Origin: an uncultured Gammaproteobacteria bacterium
GTDB lineage: Bacteria > Pseudomonadota > Gammaproteobacteria > CAWCPV01
Direction: 5' to 3'
Length of the DNA stretch: 64,000 nt
NCBI GenBank assembly: GCA_963797555.1
Contig: CAWCPV010000014.1
Span: 128,001-192,000, forward strand
The notes under the pieces were generated by a model, which saw only the letters and a list, made by a program, of their open reading frames with translations, ran no database searches and had not been told where the DNA came from. Below, piece by piece: positions 1 through 8,450 of the stretch. Within the stretch, counting starts at the first letter, position 1. Each line of letters opens with the position of its first letter. Both the position numbers and the translations under genes were made by a program.

Positions 1-126
1 CCGCAAGAGCGAGAACCCAGGACAAGCAAGGTGGGCTTGCCCTCGGTCTCTGCTATCGCGGGGACGACGAAGGGACTTTTCAACCTGAGCGCATTCGGCG
101 CTAGCCGAACCGGGGGGGATCTGCGA

Positions 127-774
127 ATGGAACGCTGGAGCGAATTGGTCGGGGCGCTGCAAGTAGGCGGCGTGGTGGTATATCCCCTCATGCTTCTGGC
201 GGTGGTCGCCGTCGTCATCGTGATCGAAAAGGCGTTCGTGTTTTCGGTGCGGGCGCGCTTGTCGGCGAATATTGTCGACCTGGTCGAGACCTACGGTTTC
301 CGCTGGGAGGATCTGGCGGGTGAAATCGGCCGGCTCGATGCACGCAATCACTTCGCGCGCTTCTTCCGCGTCATCCTCGACAATCGCGCGCATCCCCCGT
401 GGTGGGTGGAATCGCGCGTCGCCGACGAAGCCAGCCTGATCGAGAAATCCTTGGCGCGCTGGCTGTGGATTCTGGAAACCATCGTCACCGCGGCACCGCT
501 GCTCGGTCTTCTCGGCACCATCACCGGCATGATCCGTTCGTTCAAACTGTTCGGCAGCCAAGGCCTGGTCGATCCAGCCGGAGTCACGGGCGGGGTCGCC
601 GAGGCCCTGATCGCGACCGCGCTGGGCTTGTTCATCGCGCTCATCGCGCTGTTCGCCTTCAATTATTTTTCCTCTCGGCAAGCGCAGATCATGGACGAGA
701 TGGAGCGGCTCGGCACGCGGCTCATCGATCATATCCGGCTCGACGCCCAGGGCGGGGGCCATGAAGCTGCGTAA
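127..774 (+). CDS. exbB: MotA/TolQ/ExbB proton channel protein
   Basis: APLLGLLGTITGMI and GGVAEALIATALGL motifs; followed by exbD and tonB; ATG at 127 chosen within ORF 31..774. Confidence 0.88.
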   Translation: MERWSELVGALQVGGVVVYPLMLLAVVAVVIVIEKAFVFSVRARLSANIVDLVETYGFRWEDLAGEIGRLDARNHFARFFRVILDNRAHPPWWVESRVADEASLIEKSLARWLWILETIVTAAPLLGLLGTITGMIRSFKLFGSQGLVDPAGVTGGVAEALIATALGLFIALIALFAFNYFSSRQAQIMDEMERLGTRLIDHIRLDAQGGGHEAA

Positions 775-1162
775 GCTGCGCCAGCGGCGACGGGGCCGCA
801 TCGAGATCATTCCCATGATCGATGTCATGTTCTTCCTGCTCGCGACCTTCCTGCTTGCCTCGCTCGCCTTGCAGAATCTGCATTCGCTGCGCGTCGATCT
901 GCCGCAAGGGCATGCCGCGCCGAATCAGACCCGAAAATCCGTGACCCTGACCGTGACCAAGGCCGGCGACCTGTTGCTGAACGAGATACCGGTCACGCTA
1001 GACACCCTCGCCGTGGCACTGGAGCCGCTCTTGGGGCCAAGCGACAAGATGATCGTCGTCGCGGCGGACAAGGCGGCGCCGAACGGGGTGGTGGTTCAGG
1101 CCATGCTGCGGGCGCGCGAGACCGGTGCGGAACAATTCGTCTTCGCCATCCGCAAGGAATAA
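761..1162 (+). CDS. exbD: Biopolymer transport protein ExbD/TolR
   Basis: IEIIPMIDVMFFLL transmembrane motif, VDLP, ADK..V motif; overlaps exbB. Confidence 0.9.
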   Translation: MKLRKLRQRRRGRIEIIPMIDVMFFLLATFLLASLALQNLHSLRVDLPQGHAAPNQTRKSVTLTVTKAGDLLLNEIPVTLDTLAVALEPLLGPSDKMIVVAADKAAPNGVVVQAMLRARETGAEQFVFAIRKE

Positions 1163-1164
1163 AC

Positions 1165-1860
1165 GTGCCGGCGGGAAGGTGCGGGTCGGACGGACCGTGG
1201 GGTCGGCTGGTCTGGTCGCTGCCGGCCGCACTCGTCATCACGGCGCTCGGGGTTGCCGGGTTCCTCGATGTCCTGGCTCAGGCACCCCTCCCGCCTGCGC
1301 CCAAGCAGGTCGCGATGTGGATCGTCGAGCTGCCGCCCGAGCCGCCACCACCCCAGGCTCCGCCCGTGAGCGAAACCGCGCCCCCGCCACCCCCAAAAGC
1401 CTTGCCGCCACCACCCCCGGAAAAGCCGGAACCGCCGCGACCGCACCGCACCATTCCCCCCGAGGCGAGGCGGCCGCGACCGCGTCGCGCGATCCGGCAC
1501 GAGGCGACGCGGCCGCGCCACGCAGTACCGCCGGCGGCCGCACCGCCGCCACCGCCGCAGGCAAGCACAACCCGCAACCCGCCGGGCGGCGTCACCATGG
1601 GGGCTCGAGCGCTCTACAAGCCGATCCCGGAAATTCCCGAGGAACTGCGGCATCGCCATCTGAGCCTGGTGGCGATGGCGCGGTTTCGCGTCGCTGCCGA
1701 TGGCAGCGCCGATGTGGGGTTGATACAGACAACGCCCGACCCACGCCTGAACACGGCGCTGATCGCGGCCCTGAAAAAGTGGCGCTTCTTCCCGGCGATG
1801 GCAAACGGGCGTCCGGTCGCCTCGACCATCGACATCCGAATTCCGGTCGAGGTGCAATAG
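1165..1860 (+). CDS. tonB: Energy transducer TonB
   Basis: N-terminal TM, Pro-rich linker, C-terminal TonB_C-like domain (KKWRFFPAMANGRPV). Confidence 0.85.
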   Translation: MPAGRCGSDGPWGRLVWSLPAALVITALGVAGFLDVLAQAPLPPAPKQVAMWIVELPPEPPPPQAPPVSETAPPPPPKALPPPPPEKPEPPRPHRTIPPEARRPRPRRAIRHEATRPRHAVPPAAAPPPPPQASTTRNPPGGVTMGARALYKPIPEIPEELRHRHLSLVAMARFRVAADGSADVGLIQTTPDPRLNTALIAALKKWRFFPAMANGRPVASTIDIRIPVEVQ

Positions 1861-2120
1861 CGTCGGATACGAAGTAGATGGCGTTTCTCGTCTTCATCGG
1901 GAGAGCACGGTGAGAAAAGTGACGATCAATTCTCGGCAGGAGTCCGGGCAGGCAAGGGTGCTGGCGGTTTGCTTCCAGCACACCTCCAATGCCCATCTTT
2001 AGAAGAAGAACCGCGCGTCGACCTTCCCATGGTACAGCTAGAGTATCGTTTCTGAGGCCGGCGGCATTGGGGATTGCGATGCGCATCCACTTGCCACAGG
2101 CAAGCACGGACGGCCGCAGG

Positions 2121-3026
2121 ATGCGGCCTGCTGTCCCCGTGGTAACCCTGTTGGCGCTGGCTGCGGCTCTGGGTGCGGGGGCGCGGGAGAGGGGTGTTGT
2201 GAATCCACCGCCGCTCCCCCCGCTCGTCAATCCGGCAGATCCCACGGTGCCCGCCAAGGAGCTATTCGCTCGCAAGCTCGAACCGGCACATTTGGCCGCG
2301 TAAGCCATCGGAACTTACGCGCGCGGCTGCCTGGCAGGCGCAGTCGCGCTGCCTATGAACGGCAAGACCTGGCAGGTGATGCGCCCATCGCGCAACCGCA
2401 ATTGGGGCCACCCAAGTCTCATCCGCTTCCTCGAACGCTTGGCCGATGCGGTCCCTCGATCGGCGGGCTGGCCGGGGCTTCTCGTGGGCGATTTCCAGCC
2501 GGGGGGGCCGACGCTGACCGGCCATGCCAGCCACCAGATCGGGCTCGATGCGGACATCTGGCTGACACCGATGCCCGACCATCCGCTTTCCCGTGCGGAG
2601 CGCGAAGAGATGTTGGCGACCGACGTCGTCGCCGCCGACGGCAAGGATGTCGACCCGAAGGTCTGGACGCCGGCTCAGGTCGCGGTGATTCGCGCCGCGG
2701 CCCGAGATCCGGATATCGAGCGCATCTTCGTCCACGCCGCCATCAAGAAGGCGCTGTGCCGCGACGCCGGAGCCAATCGCGCGTGGCTGCAAAAGGTACG
2801 TCCGTGGTGGCATCACGAGCGCCACTTCCATGTCCGGCTTCGCTGTCCAGCCGACAGTCCGGACTGTCACGGCCAACGACCGGCACCTGCGGGCGACGGC
2901 TGCGGCAAAGACCTTGACTGGTGGTTTACCGACGCCGTGCTTCATCCTACGCCCCAGCCGCCAAAGCCGCCGCTCAAGATGGCCGATCTGCCGCCAGCAT
3001 GCCGACAGGTGCTCATGGCACCCTGA
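2121..3026 (+). pseudogene. mepA: Penicillin-insensitive murein endopeptidase with in-frame stop at 2301-2303
   Basis: IGTYARGCLAGA, RNRNWGHP, GHASHQIGLDAD and HFHVRLRCP motifs; ORFs 1989..2303 and 2355..3026 share one frame split by TAA. Confidence 0.8.
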
Positions 3027-3207
3027 GGAAGGGGCCGCGAAGTCGGGCTAACGACCCGACCACGGGCCAGATGCGCGCAAGCCGAACCTTTCCTCGGCGT
3101 GGTCCGGCCGGGCGCCGAGTGCGGGATATCCCGCAGTCCTGTGGGAAAGCGCGCAGCCCGCGTGCTTGTCACGCAGTTAACCGCCTGATTGCATGGGCGT
3201 GTTCGTT

Positions 3208-3222
3208 TGGCACGCTGGTTGC
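3208..3222 (+). promoter_or_regulatory. Sigma54 -24/-12 promoter
   Basis: TGGCACGCTGGTTGC matches consensus TGGCACG-N4-TTGC, about 120 bp upstream of the Tat protein. Confidence 0.75.
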
Positions 3223-3340
3223 CTAGCTGCCATGGGGCGGCGCGCACGCCAGGCCGTGGATGGTTCGATCCCTGCCCATCGCTTGGCGCGGCGGGTGCTC
3301 ATGGGGTTCGGGTACTCTTGAAGACAAAGGAGCGGAGCCA

Positions 3341-3694
3341 ATGAACGAGATCGAGAGCGATCGCCGGAAATTCATCCTGAAGGCCTGTGCCGCGGCTGCC
3401 GGATCCGTGCTGGGAGCAGGGATGATCGGGCGAGCGGTGGCAGGCGAGCACGAGAGTGGCGGGGCGATGGGCCACGGTAGCGCCGACGGCTACGTCATGG
3501 ACAGCACGGTCACCAAGCACTGCGCCACCTGCGAATTCTGGGGTGGGCCACGCCGCCTATCGCAAGATCGCAAGAGCATCACCATCACCGGCTTAGGTTG
3601 GTGCAACAACCCGGAGAGCCTGAACTACCAGAAGCTGACGAGCCCGGAGCACGGGCCCATGGACGCCTGGAAGAAGTGGCAGCTTATCGGGTAG
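3341..3694 (+). CDS. Small Tat-exported Cys-containing protein (HiPIP-like motif spacing)
   Basis: DRRKFILK twin-arginine signal, CATCEFW...GWCNNP; AAGGAG/GGAG RBS before ATG 3341. Confidence 0.7.
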   Translation: MNEIESDRRKFILKACAAAAGSVLGAGMIGRAVAGEHESGGAMGHGSADGYVMDSTVTKHCATCEFWGGPRRLSQDRKSITITGLGWCNNPESLNYQKLTSPEHGPMDAWKKWQLIG

Positions 3695-4146
3695 CCTGGT
3701 TCGAGAAGAAGCCAACCGAGCCGCGCATGTCCGCCTCTGGCACATGGGGCGGACAGCGTTGGCGTGACCCCGCATGTCTCGTGCGGACTCGATTCGTCGC
3801 GACCGCCCCCAGGTGCTATCGCCGGTGTTGGAGGTCGGGACCCGTGCCATCTGCGAAGCATCCCGACGTGCGGATCACGCCAGGGGCGAGCGCGCCTCCC
3901 GGCCGGTAGTGGCGACACCACCTCTTAATCCCTTGCCAAGGAGCACCGAACGTGCATTTTGCGCCGCACCAGTCGCGCCTCTCGAGTCAGTCACCCCAAC
4001 AGGCTGATGGTCGAGATTTCCGGTCTTGCATCTTGGCCTCCTCACCAATCCTCCCCCTGCCCGGGGGAGGGGAGGGCAGGGGTGCGGCGACTGACTCGTC
4101 CAGGTCTGCGTGGCGTTGGCAGGTTATTCCGCTAACCGCTCTCCTC

Positions 4147-5082
4147 ATGCCGGCGGCGCTGTTGTTGGGGTTGTCGCCGGTAGCGGCGTGGTCTCACGGA
4201 TTTGCCGGCAAGCGCTTCTTCCCCGCTACACTGGCTACAGACGACCCCTTCGTCAACGACGAAGGTGGCTTTCTGCTGAGTAACATCAAGGAGCCGGGGA
4301 GCGAGGACGAGCCGTCCACCCTCGCCACCGAGATCTCAGCGGAATGGGCGAAGCGCATCACCCCTGACTTCGGTTTGGCCATAGGCGGTGCCTTCCAGCA
4401 CCTCGACCCCAAAGGGGAGCAAACTGTGAGCGGCTTCGGCAATATGGAGCTGGGTGCAAAATACCAGTTCCTAACCAACGCCGAACATGAAGCCATCCTA
4501 TCGGTCGGGGTGGGCGCTGAGGTGGGGGGTACCGGGGCGGAGCGGGTTGGCGCCGATCCGTTCTCTACCGTTTCGCCCACGTTCTTTTTCGGGAAAGGAA
4601 TGGGCGATCTACCGGACTCCGTGAAGATGCTGAGGCCGTTCGCGATCACCGGGGTGTTGGGCGTTGACTTCCCAACGGTTTCGACGGATGAGCAGACCGG
4701 AGAGAAGCCTCCGACCACCTTGAGCTGGGGATTTTCTCTCCAATACAATCTCCAGTACCTGCAATCCTTCGTCCGCGACGTGGGGCTTGGCCCCCCGTTC
4801 AACCGCATGATTCCGCTGGTCGAGTTTCCTATGGAGACTTGCATCAATCGGGCCTGTTCGGGGCAGACGACCGGCTTCGTGGACCCAGGCGTGATCTGGT
4901 TTGGCAAATATATCCAGCTCGGCTTGGAGGCCCAGATCCCGCTCAACTCTCGCACCGGCGACAACGTCGGAGTATTGGTCCAGGTGCATCTGTTTCTCGA
5001 CGATCTCTTCCCCAAGTCCATCGGGCGGCCGTTGTTCGGGGCGTCGGCCCCCAATCCGGCATGGTGGGGCGCCAGCCAGTAG
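4147..5082 (+). CDS. Putative outer-membrane beta-barrel protein upstream of copCD
   Basis: Signal peptide ending AWS-HGFAGKRFFPATL; alternating beta-strand pattern (GNMELGAKYQF, IQLGLEAQIP); start uncertain (ORF opens at 3952). Confidence 0.6.
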   Translation: MPAALLLGLSPVAAWSHGFAGKRFFPATLATDDPFVNDEGGFLLSNIKEPGSEDEPSTLATEISAEWAKRITPDFGLAIGGAFQHLDPKGEQTVSGFGNMELGAKYQFLTNAEHEAILSVGVGAEVGGTGAERVGADPFSTVSPTFFFGKGMGDLPDSVKMLRPFAITGVLGVDFPTVSTDEQTGEKPPTTLSWGFSLQYNLQYLQSFVRDVGLGPPFNRMIPLVEFPMETCINRACSGQTTGFVDPGVIWFGKYIQLGLEAQIPLNSRTGDNVGVLVQVHLFLDDLFPKSIGRPLFGASAPNPAWWGASQ

Positions 5083-5099
5083 CCAGCGCGACGTTGGCA

Positions 5100-5432
5100 A
5101 TGGTACTCGCGGCCCTGTGGCTTCCGAGCGCCTGGGGCCACGCGTTCCTCGACCACGCCGAGCCTGCCGTCGGCGCGCAACTCGCCGCGCCACCCGCTCG
5201 GATCGTGCTTCACTTTGACAGCGAGCTCGAACAGCCATTCTCCGGCTTTCGTTTGGAGGATCCGAGCGGCCACGTGATCGAGCGAAGCGGTGTGCAGAGC
5301 GAGTCGGAGGACGCCACACAGCTCTCGATGCCCTGCCCAGCGCTTGCGCCCGGTACCTACCGCGTCCTCTGGAGCGTCGTCGCGCGGGACGGACACCATA
5401 CCGAAGGTGATTTCAGCTTTACGGTCCGGTAA
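5100..5432 (+). CDS. copC: Copper resistance protein CopC
   Basis: Mature N-terminal HAFLDHAEP, C-terminal YRVLWSVVARDGHHTEGDFSF. Confidence 0.9.
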   Translation: MVLAALWLPSAWGHAFLDHAEPAVGAQLAAPPARIVLHFDSELEQPFSGFRLEDPSGHVIERSGVQSESEDATQLSMPCPALAPGTYRVLWSVVARDGHHTEGDFSFTVR

Positions 5433-5443
5433 GGTCCTATCCC

Positions 5444-6508
5444 GTGCATGACCCACTGCTCCACAGCCTTCCCACCCTTCTGGATCTCTTGGCGCTGGTC
5501 ACGCTGCTGGGTGTCCTGAGCTGCCACTTGTGGGTTCTCCCGCGCGAAGCAGACGTAGAAGGACGGGGAGCCGGCTTCGTAACCTGGGTCGGACTGAGCC
5601 GTCTGCTCGGCTGGGCTCTGGTGCTGTTGACGTTCACGAGCGTTCTCGTGCTGGTGGATCGCACCGTCGAGATGAGCCAGCAGCCCCTGAGCGCTGCGAT
5701 GCCGTTCTTGCCCACCGTCCTCTTCAAGAGTCACTACGGACGGGTCTGGTGGGCCAGGACGGGCGCCGTGCTCGCATTGTGGTTGGGGTGGAGGATGCTG
5801 GTGCGACGGAGGCGACTCGATGTCTCGGCGCTGATGTTCTGCGCCGCGGCGCTCGTGGCATGGACCTACAGCGCGACGGGCCATGCCTCCGATCGGGGCG
5901 ATTTCACCCTGGCCGAGGGGATGGACTGGCTGCATATGCTCGCCGTTTCGGCTTGGGGAGGCAGCATCCTGGCAATCGCCATCGCGGTACGCCCGTCATT
6001 GCCCCTGGAACCGGAGGGACAGCGGGCCTTCATCGCCGATACCGCCGAACGGTTGTCTAGGCTCGCCGGGATCGCCGTAGCGGGAGTCCTGGTGAGCGGG
6101 GTCTACGCTACCGCAATGCGCCTGCACAGCCTCGGCGATCTCTGGACTACACAGTACGGCAAGATCCTGCTCGTCAAGCTATCGTTGGTGCTCGCCATGA
6201 TCGTGCTCGGTGCCACCAACCGCTACTTCTATCTTCCCCGCTTACGCCGGTGGGGCGGGGAGTTGACAGTCCCGACCTACGGGTGGGGTCTATCGGATTT
6301 GGCGCGCAGGCTGCTGCCGAATCTGGGACCGCGCCGGGGGTCCGATGTCGCCCGCCGTTTCCTGCACCGGCTAGCCATTCAAGCGATTCTACTGGTTCTC
6401 GTACTCGCGTGCGTCGCGTTGCTTATCCATACCGCCCCGCCCCACCGGATGACTGTCCCGGCATCGACGCGTCACGGTCTGCAAAACGAGTTTTTCGCGA
6501 GCGCCTGA
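5444..6508 (+). CDS. copD: Copper resistance protein CopD
   Basis: Multi-TM protein with TGHA, WLHMLAVSAWGG and YGKILLVKL motifs; directly after copC. Confidence 0.88.
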   Translation: MHDPLLHSLPTLLDLLALVTLLGVLSCHLWVLPREADVEGRGAGFVTWVGLSRLLGWALVLLTFTSVLVLVDRTVEMSQQPLSAAMPFLPTVLFKSHYGRVWWARTGAVLALWLGWRMLVRRRRLDVSALMFCAAALVAWTYSATGHASDRGDFTLAEGMDWLHMLAVSAWGGSILAIAIAVRPSLPLEPEGQRAFIADTAERLSRLAGIAVAGVLVSGVYATAMRLHSLGDLWTTQYGKILLVKLSLVLAMIVLGATNRYFYLPRLRRWGGELTVPTYGWGLSDLARRLLPNLGPRRGSDVARRFLHRLAIQAILLVLVLACVALLIHTAPPHRMTVPASTRHGLQNEFFASA

Positions 6509-6759
6509 AACGGCGTCCTGTGCACCGTGGCCCGCCCTGGTGCGGCTCGCAGCCCCCGAGCAGCCGGCCCGCGAAACCGGGATGTCCCGGCGCAAGGCCG
6601 GTTCGCCGCCGATGCCCGACCGCGCGCCAGAGAGATCACCAGATGTCGCCAGCGCCGAAAGCCCTCAACCCCGTTCCATTAGACACCCGCTAAAAGGACA
6701 TGAGCCTCCCGCGCGAACCGGACTCCCGCCGTCAGGTCTAACACCCCCTTTTGTCCTCG

Positions 6760-6890
6760 CCACGCCCGGCTCGTCGTTGCCTTTGCGGGCGAGGAATCCG
6801 CCGAGCCGAGAGAAGAGCCGCACCACCGCATTGGGTCGGGGCGGTCTGCGGGGCGCCTTCTTCTTGTTCAGGATGAAGGCTGCCTGCCCC
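6760..6890 (-). mobile_element. IS4-family (IS50/Tn5-like) transposase C-terminal fragment
   Basis: VVRLFSRLGGFLARKGNDEPG resembles the Tn5-type LGG..RK.D..PG motif. Confidence 0.65.
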
Positions 6891-7040
6891 AAGGACCTAT
6901 TGCGGCGCAGCACCGCAACGTCTAATCTTGTGCAAGCGGCGGTCCATCGGCGACGCTCCCGATCCCGACGGAGATGGGACGTGTGCCGGCTCATGCCGGG
7001 AACGGGCGGTAGAGCGCGTGCGGATTAGGGGTATCTTCGC

Positions 7041-8102
7041 ATGGACACGGCAACACTGCTTTGGGTGGATCTGCAGGCAGGCACTTCCGGTAGGGCTCTC
7101 GATCCCTTGGACGTGCCTAACTGGCGCGCGTTCCGCCATGTAGGCTGTGAGGGATTAACGGAGGCCATCCACAGGTCGAATCCGTCGGTGTTGTTCTTCG
7201 AATACGACTACCCTACCCCGCTCGGACTGCGCACGCTGGAACAGATAAGGAAGGCGTTTCCTCAGTTACCCTTGTTCATGGTGACGGAGGAGCATTCCGA
7301 GGACCTCGCCGTCTGGGCCTTCCGTACCGGCGTGCGGGATTTCCTCATCAAGCCTATCGAGGCCAGAGACATCACCTCACGACTGCAAAGACTGCCGGAG
7401 CCTCGTCAATCCAACTCCCCTGCCCGGTCGAACATCCTGCCGCAGCAGTCGATTCCCCCGGCAGCCCGCTATGCGGCTCCGGCGTTGCCGAAAATGACAG
7501 CGCGCGCGGTCCGCTACATGGAGAGCCGCCTGCAGGAACGGATCACTCTGGAACAGATGGCCCTGTTTTGCGGCATGAGCCCGTTCCAGTTGAGCCGCGC
7601 GTTCAAGCGCGAGCACGGCGTGAATTTCAAGGAATTCCTCACCCGACAGCGCGTCGCCAAAGCGATGGAGTTGCTTGCGAATCCTCGCGCTGCGGTGGCC
7701 GATATCGCGTCTGCAGTGGGTTTTTCGGACCCGTCGTATTTCGCCAAGGTGTTTCGACGCCTGGTGGGTCGTTTGCCGTCGGATTACCGGGAGGGCGGGG
7801 CCATCTCGGGGCTCGTCTGTCTCAGCCTCACAGGCTTTTACATTTCGACCAGTTCGCAAGCGTGCTCGCCACGCTCGCTTAGCGCGGCGCGTTGGCTCGG
7901 CCAGGAGGGCTTGGTGGTTGCAGAGCGCTGTCTCAAGCGGCGCTTTCGCGACGGAGATCGCGTTTGCCTGCTCGCGACGCTCGCGTGCCGCGGCGTCGAT
8001 GGGTTCCCCCCGCCCAGTCGCCGGAGCGCCAGCCGCCGCAAGAAACTCCTCCGTGTTTGCAAGAAATTCCTACCACCCGATTTGGGCGTCCCTCTAATCT
8101 GA
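7041..8102 (+). CDS. Response regulator-like receiver domain plus AraC HTH
   Basis: Degenerate REC (AFRTGVRDFLIKP) and AraC HTH (IASAVGFSDPSYFAKVFRRLVG.LPSDYR); tail after about 7800 looks like read-through. Confidence 0.8.
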   Translation: MDTATLLWVDLQAGTSGRALDPLDVPNWRAFRHVGCEGLTEAIHRSNPSVLFFEYDYPTPLGLRTLEQIRKAFPQLPLFMVTEEHSEDLAVWAFRTGVRDFLIKPIEARDITSRLQRLPEPRQSNSPARSNILPQQSIPPAARYAAPALPKMTARAVRYMESRLQERITLEQMALFCGMSPFQLSRAFKREHGVNFKEFLTRQRVAKAMELLANPRAAVADIASAVGFSDPSYFAKVFRRLVGRLPSDYREGGAISGLVCLSLTGFYISTSSQACSPRSLSAARWLGQEGLVVAERCLKRRFRDGDRVCLLATLACRGVDGFPPPSRRSASRRKKLLRVCKKFLPPDLGVPLI

Positions 8103-8450
8103 CTACGCGACCAGCGGGTGAACGGCCTGCCAGTGAGATGGGCGCCGGAGGTCATCCTGCCAGAGAGGTTGCTTTTGGTGTGAGACGAGACTATCGAGAG
8201 GCGAGGGGCGGAACGGACCGTGCCGGGTTAAGCGGCCACCCGGCGGCTATCGAAGGAGGTGTCCTCGTACAGAGTCGGGTAGCAAACCGGCTAATAGCTG
8301 ACCAAGTCCGGGCGAACTGCCGTGACCGCAACGGCCAGACCAGAGGGTCTGGCAGGAAACAGAGGCTCTTCCGACGTAGCCTCGCGGCAGAGGTGATATC
8401 TGAGGCAATGGCTCGGCTGTCGGGACGCGAAGATTGGAGGAGACTGGAGA

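Noticed and set aside
3040-3070. GTCGGG/CCCGAC hairpin with CGACCC, and weak GGGTCG matches at ~36310, ~44260 and ~47985, as more sites
   Set aside because: Arms do not fit the ATGrCCG...CGGyCAT pattern; likely chance in GC-rich DNA
8102-8450. Riboswitch or sigma54 promoter upstream of the multicopper oxidase
   Set aside because: Hairpins are present but I cannot match a riboswitch consensus; TGCCAG-N5-TTGC lacks the -24 GG
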